Below, piece after piece: positions 14,700 to 16,005 of a DNA stretch of 16,005 bases. The notes beneath the pieces are model-generated. The model ran no database searches. It saw nothing but the letters and a program-made list of their open reading frames with translations, and had not been told where the DNA came from. Numbering within the stretch: position 1 is the first letter of the stretch; each line of letters starts with the position of its first letter. Both the position numbers and the translations under genes were made by a program. Source of the DNA: Gemmatimonadota bacterium (GTDB lineage Bacteria > Gemmatimonadota > Gemmatimonadetes > Gemmatimonadales > GWC2-71-9). The DNA is taken from contig JAZDCZ010000169.1 of assembly GCA_036679605.1 (NCBI GenBank), positions 1-16,005 on the forward strand, read 5' to 3'.

Positions 14700-14930
14700 A
14701 TGACCAAACCTGAAAAGACCTTTCGGCTAGGCCGCTGCTCGGCATCGGTGTTTATCAATGCCGGCAAAGAGAAGCCGTTTCGCTCGGTTTCGCTCCAACG
14801 GCGATACCGCGAGGGAGAGAAATGGAAGACTTCGACCAGCTTCACGCTGGCCGATCTGCCCGACGCGGTCGCAGTGCTCCAGTTGGCCCTGCACCACATG
14901 GCTGCCCAGGAAGCCACTCGCGACAAATAA
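14700..14930 (+). CDS. Small conserved mobile-element protein, possible PC4/Whirly-like nucleic-acid binder; paralog of 15123-15440
   Basis: AAGGAGGT SD; KPEKTFRLG..SASVFIN...SVSLQRRYREGEKWKTSTSF...DLP. Confidence 0.8.
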   Translation: MTKPEKTFRLGRCSASVFINAGKEKPFRSVSLQRRYREGEKWKTSTSFTLADLPDAVAVLQLALHHMAAQEATRDK

Positions 14931-14948
14931 CTCGTTGCGAGCACACTC

Positions 14949-14990
14949 ATTCCCGTTGAACCACTTGCCGGTTCAGCGGGAATTTTTCTT
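14949..14990 (+). terminator. Intrinsic terminator
   Basis: 14-bp stem ATTCCCGTTGAACC/GGTTCAGCGGGAAT (one G-U), 7-nt loop, TTTTCTT tail. Confidence 0.8.
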
Positions 14991-15065
14991 GGCCGGAATT
15001 GCGCGAGCTCTCCCCTACCTTCAACTCAAGTTTGACCGCCAGGCCGGAGTTGCGCTACCTTCAAC
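14991..15065 (+). repeat. Bipartite direct repeat, two copies
   Basis: GGCCGGARTTGCGC at 14991-15004 and 15042-15055; CTACCTTCAAC at 15015-15025 and 15055-15065. Confidence 0.8.
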
Positions 15066-15122
15066 CTGACGGTCGTTTACGACGTTCTTTACCACCCACA
15101 TTTCGCCAAGAGGATTGCGACC

Positions 15123-15440
15123 ATGGCCAAGCAAGCTGCTAAGTCCCGTTCGGCTTCCCACGCGCGGCCCGAACACAAGATCGGCCCGTACCCGGGCGGA
15201 ATCGGCGTTGCCGTATGGCTAAACACGATCAACACCGACGATGGCCCACGGAAAGTGCGATCGATCACGATTTCGCCCCGCCGCTATCGCGACGCCGAAA
15301 CGGGCGAATGGCGCGATGCCAACTCATACCGACCCGGCGATCTGCCTGCGCTGATCTTCGCCCTGCAAAAGGCACAGGAGTACGTCTATACGAAGCCCTT
15401 GCCCGAGGAGCAGGAAGAAGCCGGCGACGAACGCTTCTAA
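15123..15440 (+). CDS. Small conserved mobile-element protein, paralog of 14700-14930
   Basis: GAGGA SD; RPEHKIG...IGVAVWLN...SITISPRRYRDAETGEWRDANSY...DLP. Confidence 0.85.
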   Translation: MAKQAAKSRSASHARPEHKIGPYPGGIGVAVWLNTINTDDGPRKVRSITISPRRYRDAETGEWRDANSYRPGDLPALIFALQKAQEYVYTKPLPEEQEEAGDERF

Positions 15441-15479
15441 GCGTACAGCCGGCTGCCATAACGGTTCCACACAGCCATA

Positions 15480-15625
15480 GCGGCGGAGACGCAGTACTGC
15501 GTAGGGAATGTGCCGGGCTAACCTGGGTCGAAGCAGCCCGGCGGTTCGCCTCGGTCCCGACATTGGTCGGGACGACCTCACGCGATCGCTGAGCGACCCC
15601 GCCGGTGCAACTCCGGCCCGCCGCG
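15480..15625 (+). ncRNA. Candidate tRNA-like structured RNA (~146 nt)
   Basis: 7-bp acceptor-like stem GCGGCGG (15480-15486)/CCGCCGC (15618-15624) stacked on T-arm GCCGG-TGCAACT-CCGGC (15601-15617), with four internal hairpins and no anticodon arm. Confidence 0.6.
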
Positions 15626-15636
15626 CTTCCATTCTC

Positions 15637-15672
15637 GCCGCTGAACTATTCTGTTCGGCGGCCTTTTCTTTT
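15637..15672 (+). terminator. Intrinsic terminator after the tRNA-like element
   Basis: GCCGCTGAAC/GTTCGGCGGC 10-bp stem (one G-U), 6-nt loop, then CTTTTCTTTT. Confidence 0.8.
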
Positions 15673-15764
15673 GTCGGCACTCGATCAATTCGACACCGTT
15701 GCACAGTTCGCGCTACCGTGCAAGCAGTGGTTCTTTTGTCAAACAGTTAGGAAAGGAGATATCG

Positions 15765-15893
15765 ATGTCGACTCGACCCTACGTGTCGTTCGCCGAAGTG
15801 AAGCAGAAGGTTTCGATCCCCGACGTGCTGGACGTGTTTGGCCTCACCGAAAAATTCTCCCGCAAAGGTGACACGCTCACTGGGGTTTGTCCC
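15765..15893 (+). pseudogene. 5' part of a CHC2 zinc-finger (DnaG-type primase-like) gene, interrupted after the first Cys-Pro
   Basis: AAAGGAG SD; MSTRPYVSFAEVKQKVSIPDVLDVFGL...RKGDTLTGVCP, then unrelated sequence and an early stop instead of the expected His and further Cys ligands. Confidence 0.75.
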
Positions 15894-16005
15894 CAGGGCG
15901 ATTGCGCCATGATGGGTAATATGGCATGATTAGGGCGAGGCGATTTCTGCCGCGGGCCGTGGGGCATCGGGTTGAGGAGATCGCATTGTCACGGAGCCCA
16001 AACCA
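15894..16005 (+). mobile_element. Probable end of an insertion sequence, ISAs1-like
   Basis: CAGGGCGATTGCG starts exactly where primase similarity stops, and ISAs1-family termini begin CAGGG. No transposase sequence is inside the window, so family and orientation are tentative. Confidence 0.55.

Larger units (their letters stand above)
251..16005. mobile_element. Integrative element/genomic island inserted at tRNA-Leu; right end lies outside the window
   Basis: Integrase and xis-like gene lie directly after the tRNA 3' end, with XRE, DUF932 and primase-like backbone genes and IS scars further on. No second copy of the tRNA 3' end (other att site) was seen in the window. Confidence 0.8.

Noticed and set aside
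14991..15065. CRISPR array
   Set aside because: Only two short imperfect units, irregular spacing, no cas genes.
15480..15625. Canonical or intron-containing tRNA, tmRNA, or cobalamin riboswitch
   Set aside because: No anticodon stem, no D-loop GG, no U8; too short for tmRNA and lacking its acceptor identity; no GCCACTG or B12 box.
15990..15999. CACGGAGCCC, an inverted match to 1831-1840
   Set aside because: 10-bp GC-rich match inside a probable IS; expected by chance.

Overview
Left part of a tRNA-Leu(CAA)-anchored integrative element, most likely from a Planctomycetota genome (inferred from the ECF sigma, kinase and IS types). Order: end of an ISKra4/UPF0236-like transposase; tRNA-Leu; tyrosine integrase and excisionase-like gene facing the tRNA; a structured intergenic control region; a ~10.5 kb cargo (Ser/Thr kinase-STAND NTPase-TM-FGE fusion, hypothetical protein, unannotated 40-aa membrane peptide, DxH glycosyltransferase, ECF sigma factor); a scar zone with IS3 and IS4 remnants and a second copy of the control region; then a backbone operon (XRE regulator, DUF932 protein, two paralogous small proteins, a primase-like zinc-finger gene cut by a probable ISAs1 element). 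The most interesting signals are non-coding: a ~146-nt tRNA-like structured RNA candidate (15480-15625) followed by a terminator ahead of the primase gene, and a divergently transcribed sRNA candidate (~1939-2073) complementary to the terminator-forming leader of xis-int. All calls were made by eye; no searches or folding programs were run.
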